Origin: Paraspadella gotoi
Lineage: Eukaryota; Animalia; Chaetognatha
Assembly: GCA_051294375.1 (NCBI GenBank)
Contig: JBJCIZ010000028.1
Span: 1,963,053 to 2,027,052 of the forward strand
Reading direction: 5' to 3'
Length of the DNA stretch: 64,000 bases
Within the stretch, counting starts at the first letter, position 1. Every line of letters begins with the position of its first letter. Both the position numbers and the translations under genes were made by a program. Shown piece after piece: positions 13,373 through 25,931 of this stretch. Below the pieces are notes generated by a model. That model was not told the origin of the DNA. It was given only the letters and a program-made list of their open reading frames with translations, and did no database searches.

Positions 13373-14795
13373 TTTTTTTTTCATCTGCCTTCTTTATCGT
13401 TTGGTTATCTAAGGTGAAATATACATAAAACAGTTTAACAAACTTTGGATAAAAACGAAAAAAACAAAACAAAAAAATCCAAGATGGCGACAGAACAGAC
13501 GAACTCGGCGACGAAGGCGAGACGGTAAAAAGAGAGAGATGGCGTGGAGGCGGGTTTGTGGGCAGGGGACGTCTGTGGTTTGTGGTCTAATAGTGTGAGT
13601 TTTGTGAGTAGTGATTTGTACCAACGGAGGTTTAAATTGTGGTTGATGGTCTCGCGTGGTGAGATTTCCTGGGAAATCTGATTGCGTGGAAATTAATCTT
13701 CTGAATTTTCTCATTCGGAAGAAAACAAATTTAATTCAAAATTTTTGTTTCCGTCCGTCAGTCTGTCGGATTCGCTTTGTTCTTCATCAAAAACAAAATT
13801 TTATGAGAAAACAAATGCTCCTTGTTTTTTCCTTTAAAAATTTTGGTACTATTTTCCGATAGCACCCCATTTCTGTTCTTTAATTCTTAAACGTTTTTAT
13901 AATCCTAATATTCAATTTAATCTTTTATTAAAACTATAGCCTAATCTTTAATATTAATGTTTAATCCTAACCGTTAACAAATATTTAAACATAATCCTAA
14001 ACTATAATAATAACCCTTAACCTTAATTCTTAACGATTAACCCTAATCCAAAAATTAACTTAATTCCAATTTTAAGTTGAAATGGAGCGTTTTAGGAAAA
14101 TAAAGCCAAAAAACTTTTCTTTAAACTTATAAACTCTTTCGAACTCTGAAACTTATAACCACGAATCAGATAAGTTTTATCAATTTCGCTGCGAATTGTA
14201 TTTAAACTTAATTAAATTTATAAAAATTTGTTTATTATATATAAATCGTTCTTTCGATTAGCGCCGATTTATTACGCGTCTGGCTTAAAAAAAAGGTGAC
14301 AGGTGATTTCAAGGTTTTAGAATATCCATTTGTATTTTTACAAGCCTCATTTCCGAACCTCATTTGCATATTACTCTTTTAAAAAATTTACATTTAAAAT
14401 GATATTTTTTTATATAAATTTGCAGAAGATATTGATGATTTAATGAATTTAAAATTAAGAAAGCTAGACGGACAGACAGACTGCTAGATTAACGGACAGA
14501 CTGACCAAGGAGTGACTTATAGAGCCGCTCCGCGAGCGCTCGCCGCGCGATTGAAAAAAAAAAACGGGTCGGAATGACACTCAACGGTCTCGTTTCGTTT
14601 CTCTCTCTGCGCTCATTTAATTTTAGAATGCGCAAAGGATTTTCTGGGGGAAAAAAATTTGTGTCTCTTAATTTGATTAAGTTTAAAGTTTAAATCGTTA
14701 ATAAAAAATGCCGGTTTATGAAAATATTCCGGAAATTAAAAAGAGATAAAAAAAGTTTATAAATATAATTTTACAGTTATATGCCTGTCTATATA
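13373..14795. repeat. Second arm of the inverted duplication of 1-1690
   Basis: Reverse complement of the window start; begins directly after a short N gap. Confidence 0.9.
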
Positions 14796-17450
14796 TTCAT
14801 AAACATAGTGTACCTATATATACAAGACTGTGGTAAATGTAATGTGCTTGACGTTTTATTGTGGCAATTAAAATTCTTTAAAAACGCCCGTAGCGTAAGA
14901 GCGAGCAATCTGTCTTCCCACCGAGTGGCCTTCTGGGATTAAGAAGGAAACTAATTCGAAATTGTAGTTCCAATACGGTTGCTTGAGCGTTCTCGTCCCG
15001 CTCTATTAGCAAATGGCGGGCGCGAACCCAAGGCAGNNNNNNNNNNNNNNNNNNNNNNNNNNNNNNNNNNNNNNNNNNNNNNNNNNNNNNNNNNNNNNNN
15101 NNNNNNNNNNNNNNNNNNNNNNNNNNNNNNNNNNNNNNNNNNNNNNNNNNNNNNNNNNNNNNNNNNNNNNNNNNNNNNNNNNNNNNNNNNNNNNNNNNNN
15201 NNNNNNNNNNNNNNNNNNNNNNNNNNNNNNNNNNNNNNNNNNNNNNNNNNNNNNNNNNNNNNNNNNNNNNNNNNNNNNNNNNNNNNNNNNNNNNNNNNNN
15301 NNNNNNNNNNNNNNNNNNNNNNNNNNNNNNNNNNNNNNNNNNNNNNNNNNNNNNNNNNNNNNNNNNNNNNNNNNNNNNNNNNNNNNNNNNNNNNNNNNNN
15401 NNNNNNNNNNNNNNNNNNNNNNNNNNNNNNNNNNNNNNNNNNNNNNNNNNNNNNNNNNNNNNNNNNNNNNNNNNNNNNNNNNNNNNNNNNNNNNNNNNNN
15501 NNNNNNNNNNNNNNNNNNNNNNNNNNNCTCATTCATTCCGAGTTTCTCCCGACGATTTTGTTTGAATAAAAATAATTTTTGAATTATTGAATAACGAGTG
15601 AGATGAAAGTAAAAAAAAAATTATTTAAAAAAAATGGCAAAAAAATGAATAATTGAATGAGCAATAAGATAATCTTTTAAAGGATAAAAAAAAAGTATTT
15701 AAAAAATAAGAAAATCGTATAAAAACTGGAATACGGTTCGTCCTTTCTTATCCGAAGCGTCGTAAGTCTAATATGCAAATGAGAGGGAAAGACGCCGGAA
15801 GCGGAAGAGAAAATTGTGAGTCGTTCACGGTCGACGAACGTTGGCTGAGTTTACATTNNNNNNNNNNNNNNNNNNNNNNNNNNNNNNNNNNNNNNNNNNN
15901 NNNNNNNNNNNNNNNNNNNNNNNNNNNNNNNNNNNNNNNNNNNNNNNNNNNNNNNNNNNNNNNNNNNNNNNNNNNNNNNNNNNNNNNNNNNNNNNNNNNN
16001 NNNNNNNNNNNNNNNNNNNNNNNNNNNCATTTTACATTAGGATTTACGTTTTGCATCGAGATTTACATTTACGTTTGGATAAGCTATTTAGTAATTGTAT
16101 TGTTTTTACGTTGAGGCGTAAAATCTTTATTTTCAAAAGTTGCTTAGGATCATTTTGCTGGTTATTGTGAAACATAAAATTGATGCAAACAAAGTAAAAT
16201 TGATAAAATTTTCATGACTTTGATTAGTCTATGGAAGCTTAAGGCGTACGTTCCTATTACAATATAATAACCCCCTAATATGATTTAATCAAAACTCTCT
16301 CAGAATCTAGTTTATTAACTCCCAATGTAGTTGCCTTTTCTATCAATAAATTTTTTTTATATTTTAATGGATGAACTAGATGATAACCACATTTTTTTTT
16401 AAATTCTGTTATGATTTGCGAGAAAGAAAATAACGCCGGACTGAATGGTGTTGAGTAAAAACGGTTCTGTTTCAAAAGCTGTTTAAAGAAAGACTGAAAG
16501 TCGTAATCCAAAAGTTGTTCTGTGAAATCTTTGGATCAAAAAGCTGTCCAGTGAAAAGGTTTGTTATCTGTTCCGTGAGAGCGTTTAACTAAAAAGCTGT
16601 TCAGTTAAAGCATTTACCTTAATAGCTCTTTTTTTGTAAATGTTTGTTTAAAAAGCTGTTGAGTAGAAACGTTTGAATGAAAAGCTACTCTGTCAGAGCG
16701 TTTCCCTGAAAAGCCGATCTGGGAAAGCCGATCTGAAATCTGTTTTACAAAAAATCTTCGGTCAAACTTGTATATTTAAGCTGTTTGTGTGTGTGACTTT
16801 GTGTGTGACGAAAGTGTGAACGTGTGAACTATCGTGAATGAGGGTAAAGAAGGAAAAAGAGTGATTCGGAGAGAGAGAAAGAGAGAGAGAGAGAGAGAAA
16901 AAAAGTATTTCTGGTTGAAAACGTAGACGAAAAAATTAAAACACGAACGACAGCCAGAGAGACAGAGACGAGAGAGAGAGGACGAGAGAGAGAGATGAGC
17001 AGAGAGAGAGAGACGACGAGAAGAGAGAGAAGCAGAGAAAGAGAGGAGAGAGAGAGAGAATGAGACGAGAGAGTCAGAAATATGCGTTGCTTATTTCTGC
17101 CTAACAGGCGTAACAATCTTTTTCAGGACCCCTGTTACCAAAAGGGGCCAAGCCAGGTCTCTCTATCAGTGGAAATAGAAAGGGTGAAATAACTCTCCTC
17201 GTTCTCCCCCTTTTCCCTCTAATTAATTCATACTCCCCCGCTACCGCCCCCTTCGCTAAAAACCAAAACGAATCCCTCCCTGCTCTCCGCCCAGGCCGCT
17301 TTAAAAATAAGTAGAATCCTGTTGTGACCCTGGCGTTGAAACCCCGCCAGCTGTCGTTTATTTATGTTTTTATTGGATGACAGCATGACGACATGGCGCA
17401 TGATGATTTGCATGCTGATGATTGATGATGAAATGTTATGATGATGCCAT

Positions 17451-17481
<31 letters not shown>

Positions 17482-18259
17482 TGATCATATGTTTGTTTTC
17501 TCTCCCCGAATGGAAATAAACCCCTCCTCAATCTCTCTCTCCTCTCTGCGGCCGGCTGTTAGTTCCTTTCTTCTAGTGTGTGCCTACGTTTTGAGAGAGA
17601 GACGAGAGAAGAGCAGCAGAGAGAGGAGAGAGAGAGAGAGAGAGAGAGAGGAGATTCGCAGAGAGGAGAGAGAGAGATGAGCAGAAGATGAGGCAGGACT
17701 GAAACAAACAAACGACAACGTTTCACAAAAGATATTTCACCTCCTCACTCCTTTTTTTTTCTTCTGCACTGTTACCGCCGTGACAGTTTTCACGCTCGAA
17801 TGAATGGTGGTCTCTGTCTCTTTCACTGATTCCACATTTCCGTTCACGATCCGAAAATTTCTTCTTCTCTCTCTGCTCCTCTTCTCTCTACATCTCTCTC
17901 ATCTCTCTCTANNNNNNNNNNNNNNNNNNNNNNNNNTTTTTTTTGCCAAAATTCTTAAATTTACGATTTTCCAAAGTTACGAAGGTTTTTTGTCGTATTT
18001 TTCTTTATCAGGGTTTCGGTATTAAATTTCTCATACATATTTGCTTAAAACCAAAGTTGACTAATCTGCTCCTCTTTTTAAATACATAACTAACAGAAGA
18101 GGAAAAATTAAAAGAAGTTAACGTACACAATATGAATTCTTTGCTAATTTTCTTGCTTTGCTCTGAGGATGGGAGAAAGCGTCGGCCATGGATGAATGAG
18201 CGAAAGAATGATTTACTCTGACAAATGAACAGATTTTGTTTTTCTGAGTGTATAAGAGA

Positions 18260-18310
<51 letters not shown>

Positions 18311-18999
18311 CTCTTGCTAAAAAAGAACAAGCATGCGAAATTATGAACTGGTTCAATAATACCATTAAAATTTAACTTAAAGATTGCAAAAAACGTATAT
18401 ATAAATTACCAAAAATAAAACTTTGCTTTGCCCAAGAAAATAGCCCTTTAACAGCCTTAAATGACTTTTTTTTAACAACCCAGTCCGTTTTTTTTTTATA
18501 TCTTTTTTTCATCAGCCCACCGCCTCCGTTTAGAGCTTTCTCAACAGATAAGTTTCAGGCTCGACCAGGTTTGAGAGAGAAAGAAAGAGAGAGAGAGAGA
18601 GAGAGAGTCAACTTAGCCATAATTTTGGTAAACTGGCCAATTTTAATTTGCCTGTCAAACTGGCAAATTTTGTCAAACTGGCATGCCATTTGGTCAACAG
18701 GCCATTAATTTGAGTCAAACAGGCATAAAATCATTTTTGCGTCAACTTGCCCCAGAACACCTGATACAAACTTGCAGAATTTGCGCAACATGGCATTTAA
18801 TTTGTATAGCGTGGTGAAACTTTAAGGAATTGAGTCCAACTGGCATATTTTTGTCAATTGCATAATTTAGTCAATCACAATCAATCATATCAAATCAATC
18901 AATTCAATCCAAATCAATCTATATCAATTCTCAATCAACTCAGAGTGACGAGCAGATGAGAGAAGAAACTTTAAAAAATTCAATATAAATGTGGTCTTT

Positions 19000-19700
19000 T
19001 GGCTTTTTTCTAAATTTGCAACTCTTTTCACATAACCTACGATTCCTATCAATAAAAATTGTATATCCAGCTTTTGTATCACATACTTTCCTACCCACAC
19101 AACAAAAAATTCCATTTCGCAGTTTATTCTATCCAAGTTCTTTAATAAACACTAATAATTTAATGAGTAAATTTAAGTAAAACAATACTTTAAGTAAATA
19201 TGACTCTTTGTTTTTTCCATTTTAACTCATTTCCACTTCTCACGATTCCGATCGAAACATTTATATCCAGCCTCATATCTCACACTTCCCTACCATCATA
19301 CAAAATTTCAAGGGTCAATTGGCGCCTATCCACTCATGCATGCAATATTTGGGCGTTCAAATAGCTTGAAATATATTTTTTTGTCTGTTTTCCATTTTAA
19401 AACCAATTTCACTCGCACGATTTCCCTCAAAACTTTCATATCCTCTCCAATCAACACTGTTTTCCTACGCCACACACAGAAATTTCATTACCAATCCATC
19501 CATCTCATCACGTAGTCAAATTGGAAGTTTTTTTGCTAACGGTGCAGGACGGAACGGACGCACGGAACGGCACGCGACGGACGGACGGTACGAACGGACG
19601 GACGGCGTACGGCACGGAGTCACGGACGGGAACGGCAACGGCAAACGGACGACGGACGGACGGACAGATCAGACGGACGGACGGACATTCGTGTTTTTTG
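19000..19700 (+). mobile_element. Dispersed non-autonomous repeat with (GGAC)n tract, HINE/DINE-1-like; other copies at ~3240-3570, ~5090-5190(-), ~6720-7050, ~36455-36650(-), ~39490-39700
   Basis: Shared core tttaaactcatttccactc..acgattccatcgaaacttcatatccagctcaatcacacacttcc..aaaatttcattccaat. In several copies it is followed by (ggac)n(agac)n, the complement of the GTCY microsatellite typical of Helentron-derived HINEs. The class is inferred. Confidence 0.6.
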
Positions 19701-20040
19701 TCATGAAGTTTATATTAATTCGATGTTCCTGACATTGATACTAAGTGTGCTGCCGACAATATTGAAGGGCGCGATCCCGACGCGTACCGAAAAAAGTGTA
19801 GTTATAGAGTCGGGATCTGCTGCATAAGCAGAATCCGACTAAAAAACGAAGAAAATCAGAAAAAAAAAATCACAAAAATCGACCAAAGGAGAGGATTTTC
19901 ACAAAATTGTGGATCGCATTTGTATTTGTGCCAAAATGTTTATTTTGGTGTCTTAATCACGTGATTATCACGTATTTAGAGATAACACGAACGAAAGCAA
20001 AAAAAATTATCTTCTCTCTTACTCATCTGTCTCTCTCTTG

Positions 20041-20075
<35 letters not shown>

Positions 20076-22081
20076 ANNNNNNNNNNNNNNNNNNNNNNNN
20101 NACCTCTCTTTGTGATTTTTGTGATTTTTTTTCTGATTTTCCTGTTTGTTTTTTTTAGAAATTTAGCTTCATAGATTTTTCGTTGCCCTCGCGCTTGTGT
20201 GAAAAGGAATGAGGGAAGAAAAGAGAACTATGACAGAAAAAGGAAAAAGAAACAATGACGACAAAACAAGAAAATGATNNNNNNNNNNNNNNNNNNNNNN
20301 NNNNNNNNNNNNNNNNNNNNNNNNNNNNNNNNNNNNNNNNNNNNNNNNNNNNNNNNNNNNNNNNNNNNNNNNNNNNNNNNNNNNNNNNNNNNNNNNNNNN
20401 NNNNNNNNNNNNNNNNNNNNNNNNNNNNNNNNNNNNNNNNNNNNNNNNNNNNNNNNNNNNNNNNNNNNNNNNNNNNNNNNNNNNNNNNNNNNNNNNNNNN
20501 NNNNNNNNNNNNNNNNNNNNNNNNNNNNNNNNNNNNNNNNNNNNNNNNNNNNNNNNNNNNNNNNNNNNNNNNNNNNNNNNNNNNNNNNNNNNNNNNNNNN
20601 NNNNNNNNNNNNNNNNNNNNNNNNNNNNNNNNNNNNNNNNNNNNNNNNNNNNNNNNNNNNNNNNNNNNNNNNNNNNNNNNNNNNNNNNNNNNNNNNNNNN
20701 NNNNNNNNNNNNNNNNNNNNNNNNNNNNNNNNNNNNNNNNNNNNNNNNNNNNNNNNNNNNNNNNNNNNNNNNNNNNNNNNNNNNNNNNNNNNNNNNNNNN
20801 NNNNNNNNNNNNNNNNNNNNNNNNNNNNNNNNNNNNNNNNNNNNNNNNNNNNNNNNNNNNNNNNNNNNNNNNNNNNNNNNNNNNNNNNNNNNNNNNNNNN
20901 NNNNNNNNNNNNNNNNNNNNNNNNNNNAAATTCAAGCATAAATAAACAGAAAAGGGGCGTTTTTGGAAAAAAAGAGCGATTTTTTTCTCTCTTTCTTCCC
21001 CTTCCCCTTTTTTTTGCATATGACAATTTATGTGTTTGTAAAGCGCGTAGTATGAATGATAAACTAATTGCGCTTTTTTGAAAATCATGTTTGAAGTTGA
21101 AACTTATGTGTTCCCAAAATGAAGCATGTGCGTTTGTTTTGAAATTTTTTTTTTATTAATAATATGATAAATATTTTTAATTTTAACTCCGTGAAAATGT
21201 TAAGTAGATCCGAGAGACGAAAAAATCCAATGAAACGAAATCGAGGCTTCATTCATTCACCACAAATCTTCTCTTCTCATATCTTTTTTTTCTCTTTTTT
21301 TTTTACATTTTGCCTTTTTCCTTTTTTCTCCTCTCTTTCCCCCCTCTTTTCTTGCTCTTCTCTTCAATATTTTCCTATCTTTCTTCCCTTCTTTTTCCTC
21401 CTCTCTTTCCCCTCTATCTTGCTCTTCTCTTCAATATTTTCCTATCTTTCTTCCTCCTCTTTTTCCCCCACCTGTCTTCCTCTTCTCTTCAATCCGTTCC
21501 TATCTTTCTTCCTATCTTTTTACCTATCTGTCTCTCCCTCCTCTTTTTCTATCTCCAAATTCTATATTTAGAATCGTTCCTTCTCTCAAATACTGGGTCC
21601 CCGTTTTTTCCTTTCACCCTTTGCCTTAAACCAAAACCAAAAAATCTCGATTGCAGTTGTTAATGTTAATGTTGTTGTTGTTATTGTCCTCGTCCTTGTT
21701 GTTGTTGTCCTCGTCCTTGTTGTTGTTGTCAGTTTTTTGTATTTATTGTTATCGCAAACGTTAATATTAATCAAGTTAGTATCGTTACGATGTCGTAGTT
21801 GTCGTTGCTGTCCTGTTTTTAGGCCATATTTTCCAAAAATGCCCTATTTCACTTAAATTCGGAATTAGTTCAGTTTTATAAAAAATAAGTTGCGAGATTA
21901 AGGATTATGATTTTAAGTAGGTTAAAGATCTTTGGTTAAGGATTTGTTTTAGGAATTAGGGAATAAGGTTAGAGTATAAGGTTAGGGCATAAGGTTAACA
22001 ATATGAAATATAACTTTTTAGGTTAAAGTATATATTAGACATAGTATAATAATCTTTTTTTTACCTTGTTTCGAATTGTAT

Positions 22082-22263
22082 TAGAGATTAGCAAAGTTTG
22101 AATTTTTATAATGATTTTTATTTAATATGTAAAACAAACATGTTTTGGCTTTTAGTTTAAGCTTTCATCAACATCTAAAAAGGCTTGAACTAAAAGCCAA
22201 AACATGTCCGTTTTAAATGTTAAATAAAAATAGTTGTAAAATTTTAAACTTTGCTACTCTCTA
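22082..22263. repeat. ~180-bp imperfect palindrome (MITE-like foldback)
   Basis: tagagattagcaaagttt...acatgttttggcttttagtttaagc pairs with gcttgaactaaaagccaaaacatgt...aaactttgctactctcta. Confidence 0.75.
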
Positions 22264-22879
22264 GTATATATTAGATATTTAAATAGTTATATATGATTAA
22301 ATGTTTCTATTAGAGTCAAGTTCTAGGATTAAGGAACGAAAATGGGTAGCTTTCGATAAATATCGCCTGTTTTTCCTCATCTTTCTGTTTGGGTTTTTAC
22401 TTGTTTGGGTCATCAGGGTCAAAAAAATAAAAGATCAGATTGCAAGAGACTTTTTTTCCTTTTTCTTTGTTGATGTCGTTCCAGGATTGTGGATTCTTGG
22501 TTCAAAGATCATAACGAATCACAACATTAAACATGACAACAAACAAATAAAACAGTTTAAAAGATTGATATATAACTTGTATAATCTATAATCCATCTTT
22601 ACATCCAACCAACTAAACTGAACTCAATCGACGAAAAATGTAAACTTTTTTATGTTTTTTNNNNNNNNNNNNNNNNNNNNNNNNNNNNNNNNNNNNNNNN
22701 NNNNNNNNNNNNNNNNNNNNNNNNNNNNNNNNNNNNNNNNNNNNNNNNNNNNNNNNNNNNNNNNNNNNNNNNNNNNNNNNNNNNNNNNNNNNNNNNNNNN
22801 NNNNNNNNNNNNNNNNNNNNNNNNNNNNNNNNNNNNNNNNNNNNNNNNNNNNNNNNNNNNNNNNNNNNNNNNNNNNNNN

Positions 22880-22914
<35 letters not shown>

Positions 22915-24282
22915 ACATTTTCATCCTTCACATTTCTTCTCCTCACGTTATCTCACACTTGAATCTAATCACTTTTCACACCCTTCACTCCCCAGACAGT
23001 ACCTCACAATTTTCACACCTTACTTATAACACCCTGTAGTCAACATCTCCGAATACAAAACCCAGTTGCACCTCTGCCTACCTTTTCACCAAAGGACCAT
23101 GTAGTGAAATAACGGATCCCTGGTCTCTAGTCTGTGCAAAACACATCTACCCCTTAACANNNNNNNNNNNNNNNNNNNNNNNNNNNNNNNNNNNNNNNNN
23201 NNNNNNNNNNNNNNNNNNNNNNNNNNNNNNNNNNNNNNNNNNNNNNNNNNNNNNNNNNNNNNNNNNNNNNNNNNNNNNNNNNNNNNNNNNNNNNNNNNNN
23301 NNNNNNNNNNNNNNNNNNNNNNNNNNNNNNNNNNNNNNNNNNNNNNNNNNNNNNNNNNNNNNNNNNNNNNNNNNNNNNNNNNNNNNNNNNNNNNNNNNNN
23401 NNNNNNNNNNNNNNNNNNNNNNNNNNNNNNNNNNNNNNNNNNNNNNNNNNNNNNNNNNNNNNNNNNNNNNNNNNNNNNNNNNNNNNNNNNNNNNNNNNNN
23501 NNNNNNNNNNNNNNNNNNNNNNNNNNNNNNNNNNNNNNNNNNNNNNNNNNNNNNNNNNNNNNNNNNNNNNNNNNNNNNNNNNNNNNNNNNNNNNNNNNNN
23601 NNNNNNNNNNNNNNNNNNNNNNNNNNNNNNNNNNNNNNNNNNNNNNNNNNNNNNNNNNNNNNNNNNNNNNNNNNNNNNNNNNNNNNNNNNNNNNNNNNNN
23701 NNNNNNNNNNNNNNNNNNNNNNNNNNNNNNNNNNNNNNNNNNNNNNNNNNNNNNNNNNNNNNNNNNNNNNNNNNNNNNNNNNNNNNNNNNNNNNNNNNNN
23801 NNNNNNNNNNNNNNNNNNNNNNNNNNNNNNNNNNNNNNNNNNNNNNNNNNNNNNNNNNNNNNNNNNNNNNNNNNNNNNNNNNNNNNNNNNNNNNNNNNNN
23901 NNNNNNNNNNNNNNNNNNNNNNNNNNNNNNNNNGAAAAGTGTGTTTTATACTTGTATGTGATCAACTGGAAAGTCTGAGCGGCGCAACGCCTTTAACTAG
24001 CCGTTTTTTTATTTCAATGTTTAAATTCGTTTAATAAATGTTTATTTTGATAGTTTTTATTAGTTTCGTAAAATTGTTTCATTTCCACCGGCCTTCATCT
24101 TGATGACCTTGAGTTTTTGCAAGAAACAATTTTTCCGAAATTTAAATATTGTCTTTTTATTGCGCAATTTTATATTTTTTTTAAATATCGCAACGTTAAG
24201 TCTATGCATTTGCAATTCTTTGCATTTTTTCTCGACTTTTTTTGAATCTCATACCGTCTCTTTTAATTTAAACCTGCATCCG

Positions 24283-24352
<70 letters not shown>

Positions 24353-24517
24353 CTGATCCTTTTTTCAAAATCCTCAAATCCTGACCCAATCTTCCCAACT
24401 CCTGTGCATCACAAGTCCCTTTCCTCGACCCCACGAACGTCTCGCTCTCTATCCCGTCTCCGTCTCTCTCTCTAACCTCCCCCCCACCGTCTCTGTCTCC
24501 CTCTTTGTCTTTCCAAG

Positions 24518-24615
24518 AGCCCGAAGCATCAAATTCCAAAAAGACTCGAAAAGTTTTCATTTTTCCGTCGACGAAGAAGATGAGGAACTCGAAGGCGGAT
24601 ATGGAAAGCCTTTGG
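24518..24615 (+). CDS. Candidate N-terminal exon of the SLC1 transporter (ARSIKFQKDSKSFHFSVDEEDEELEGGYGKPL)
   Basis: Pyrimidine tract plus AG acceptor, open frame, G|GTAAG donor. No homology recognised; assigned only by position. Confidence 0.4.
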
Positions 24616-24621
24616 GTAAGC

Positions 24622-24654
<33 letters not shown>

Positions 24655-25454
24655 NNNNNNNNNNNNNNNNNNNNNNNNNNNNNNNNNNNNNNNNNNNNNN
24701 NNNNNNNNNNNNNNNNNNNNNNNNNNNNNNNNNNNNNNNNNNNNNNNNNNNNNNNNNNNNNNNNNNNNNNNNNNNNNNNNNNNNNNNNNNNNNNNNNNNN
24801 NNNNNNNNNNNNNNNNNNNNNNNNNNNNNNNNNNNNNNNNNNNNNNNNNNNNNNNNNNNNNNNNNNNNNNNNNNNNNNNNNNNNNNNNNNNNNNNNNNNN
24901 NNNNNNNNNNNNNNNNNNNNNNNNNNNNNNNNNNNNNNNNNNNNNNNNNNNNNNNNNNNNNNNNNNNNNNNNNNNNNNNNNNNNNNNNNNNNNNNNNNNN
25001 NNNNNNNNNNNNNNNNNNNNNNNNNNNNNNNNNNNNNNNNNNNNNNNNNNNNNNNNNNNNNNNNNNNNNNNNNNNNNNNNNNNNNNNNNNNNNNNNNNNN
25101 NNNNNNNNNNNNNNNNNNNNNNNNNNNNNNNNNNNNNNNNNNNNNNNNNNNNNNNNNNNNNNNNNNNNNNNNNNNNNNNNNNNNNNNNNNNNNNNNNNNN
25201 NNNNNNNNNNNNNNNNNNNNNNNNNNNNNNNNNNNNNNNNNNNNNNNNNNNNNNNNNNNNNNNNNNNNNNNNNNNNNNNNNNNNNNNNNNNNNNNNNNNN
25301 NNNNNNNNNNNNNNNNNNNNNNNNNNNNNNNNNNNNNNNNNNNNNNNNNNNNNNNNNNNNNNNNNNNNNNNNNNNNNNNNNNNNNNNNNNNNNNNNNNNN
25401 NNNNNNNNNNNNNNNNNNNNNNNNNNNNNNNNNNNNNNNNNNNNNNNNNNNNNN

Positions 25455-25617
25455 CCAAAGATCCCGTCCCTCAATCGGCTCCGCCGGACGCGCCTCGTCC
25501 AGCGCTCCGTCGAGGAGAATCTCAAATCTCGAGAAAAACTCGTCAGTCGCTCAAACTCGTGAGGCAGATGACTCACAATGCGGAAGAGGCGAGGAAAGAT
25601 CCCAGGGCAGTGTTGAA
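25455..25617 (+). CDS. SLC1 transporter cytoplasmic N-terminal exon, 5' part in gap (KDPVPQSAPP...RKDPRAVL)
   Basis: Open frame ending AA|GTGAGT (phase 2), which joins the phase-2 acceptor at 25848 to give ...RAVLKKNSLLLLT. Confidence 0.65.
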
Positions 25618-25847
25618 GTGAGTATGAAAGTGGGAGGGAGAGGGGGGGGAGAGAGAGAGAGAGACGAAGATGATACAGGTAGGGAAGACATGAGCTAAAA
25701 GTACAAAAATTTTACTTGACAGAGATGGACAAAAGAGGGAAAACTAATTTTAAAAAAAGATGCCTATTAAATTAGAACAACAACAACAACGACAATNNNN
25801 NNNNNNAAAATCTACAAATTGCTCCTCCACTTCCTCCCCTTATCCAG

Positions 25848-25906
25848 AAAGAACAGCCTTCTCCTCCTCACAATCACAGCCGTCTTTGCCTCCACCATCA
25901 TTGCAA
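25848..25906 (+). CDS. SLC1 transporter TM1 exon, runs into gap (KNSLLLLTITAVFASTIIA)
   Basis: CAG acceptor; matches EAAT TM1 pattern RN..vLLTVtAVivGtilG. Its 3' end (..KEFLFTPREIAYLKFPG) is readable only in the downstream repeat copies. Confidence 0.75.
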
Positions 25907-25931
25907 NNNNNNNNNNNNNNNNNNNNNNNNN

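Noticed and set aside
17438-17490. Poly-His or poly-Met peptide
   Set aside because: (GAT)n microsatellite with no coding context.
14951-25698. Long ORFs made mostly of X
   Set aside because: They read through N gaps.
25760-25847. ATG at 25760 (MPIKLEQQQQRQ) as the SLC1 start
   Set aside because: A phase-matched GT-AG intron 25618-25847 gives a better model; this ATG is probably intronic, though not excluded as an alternative start.
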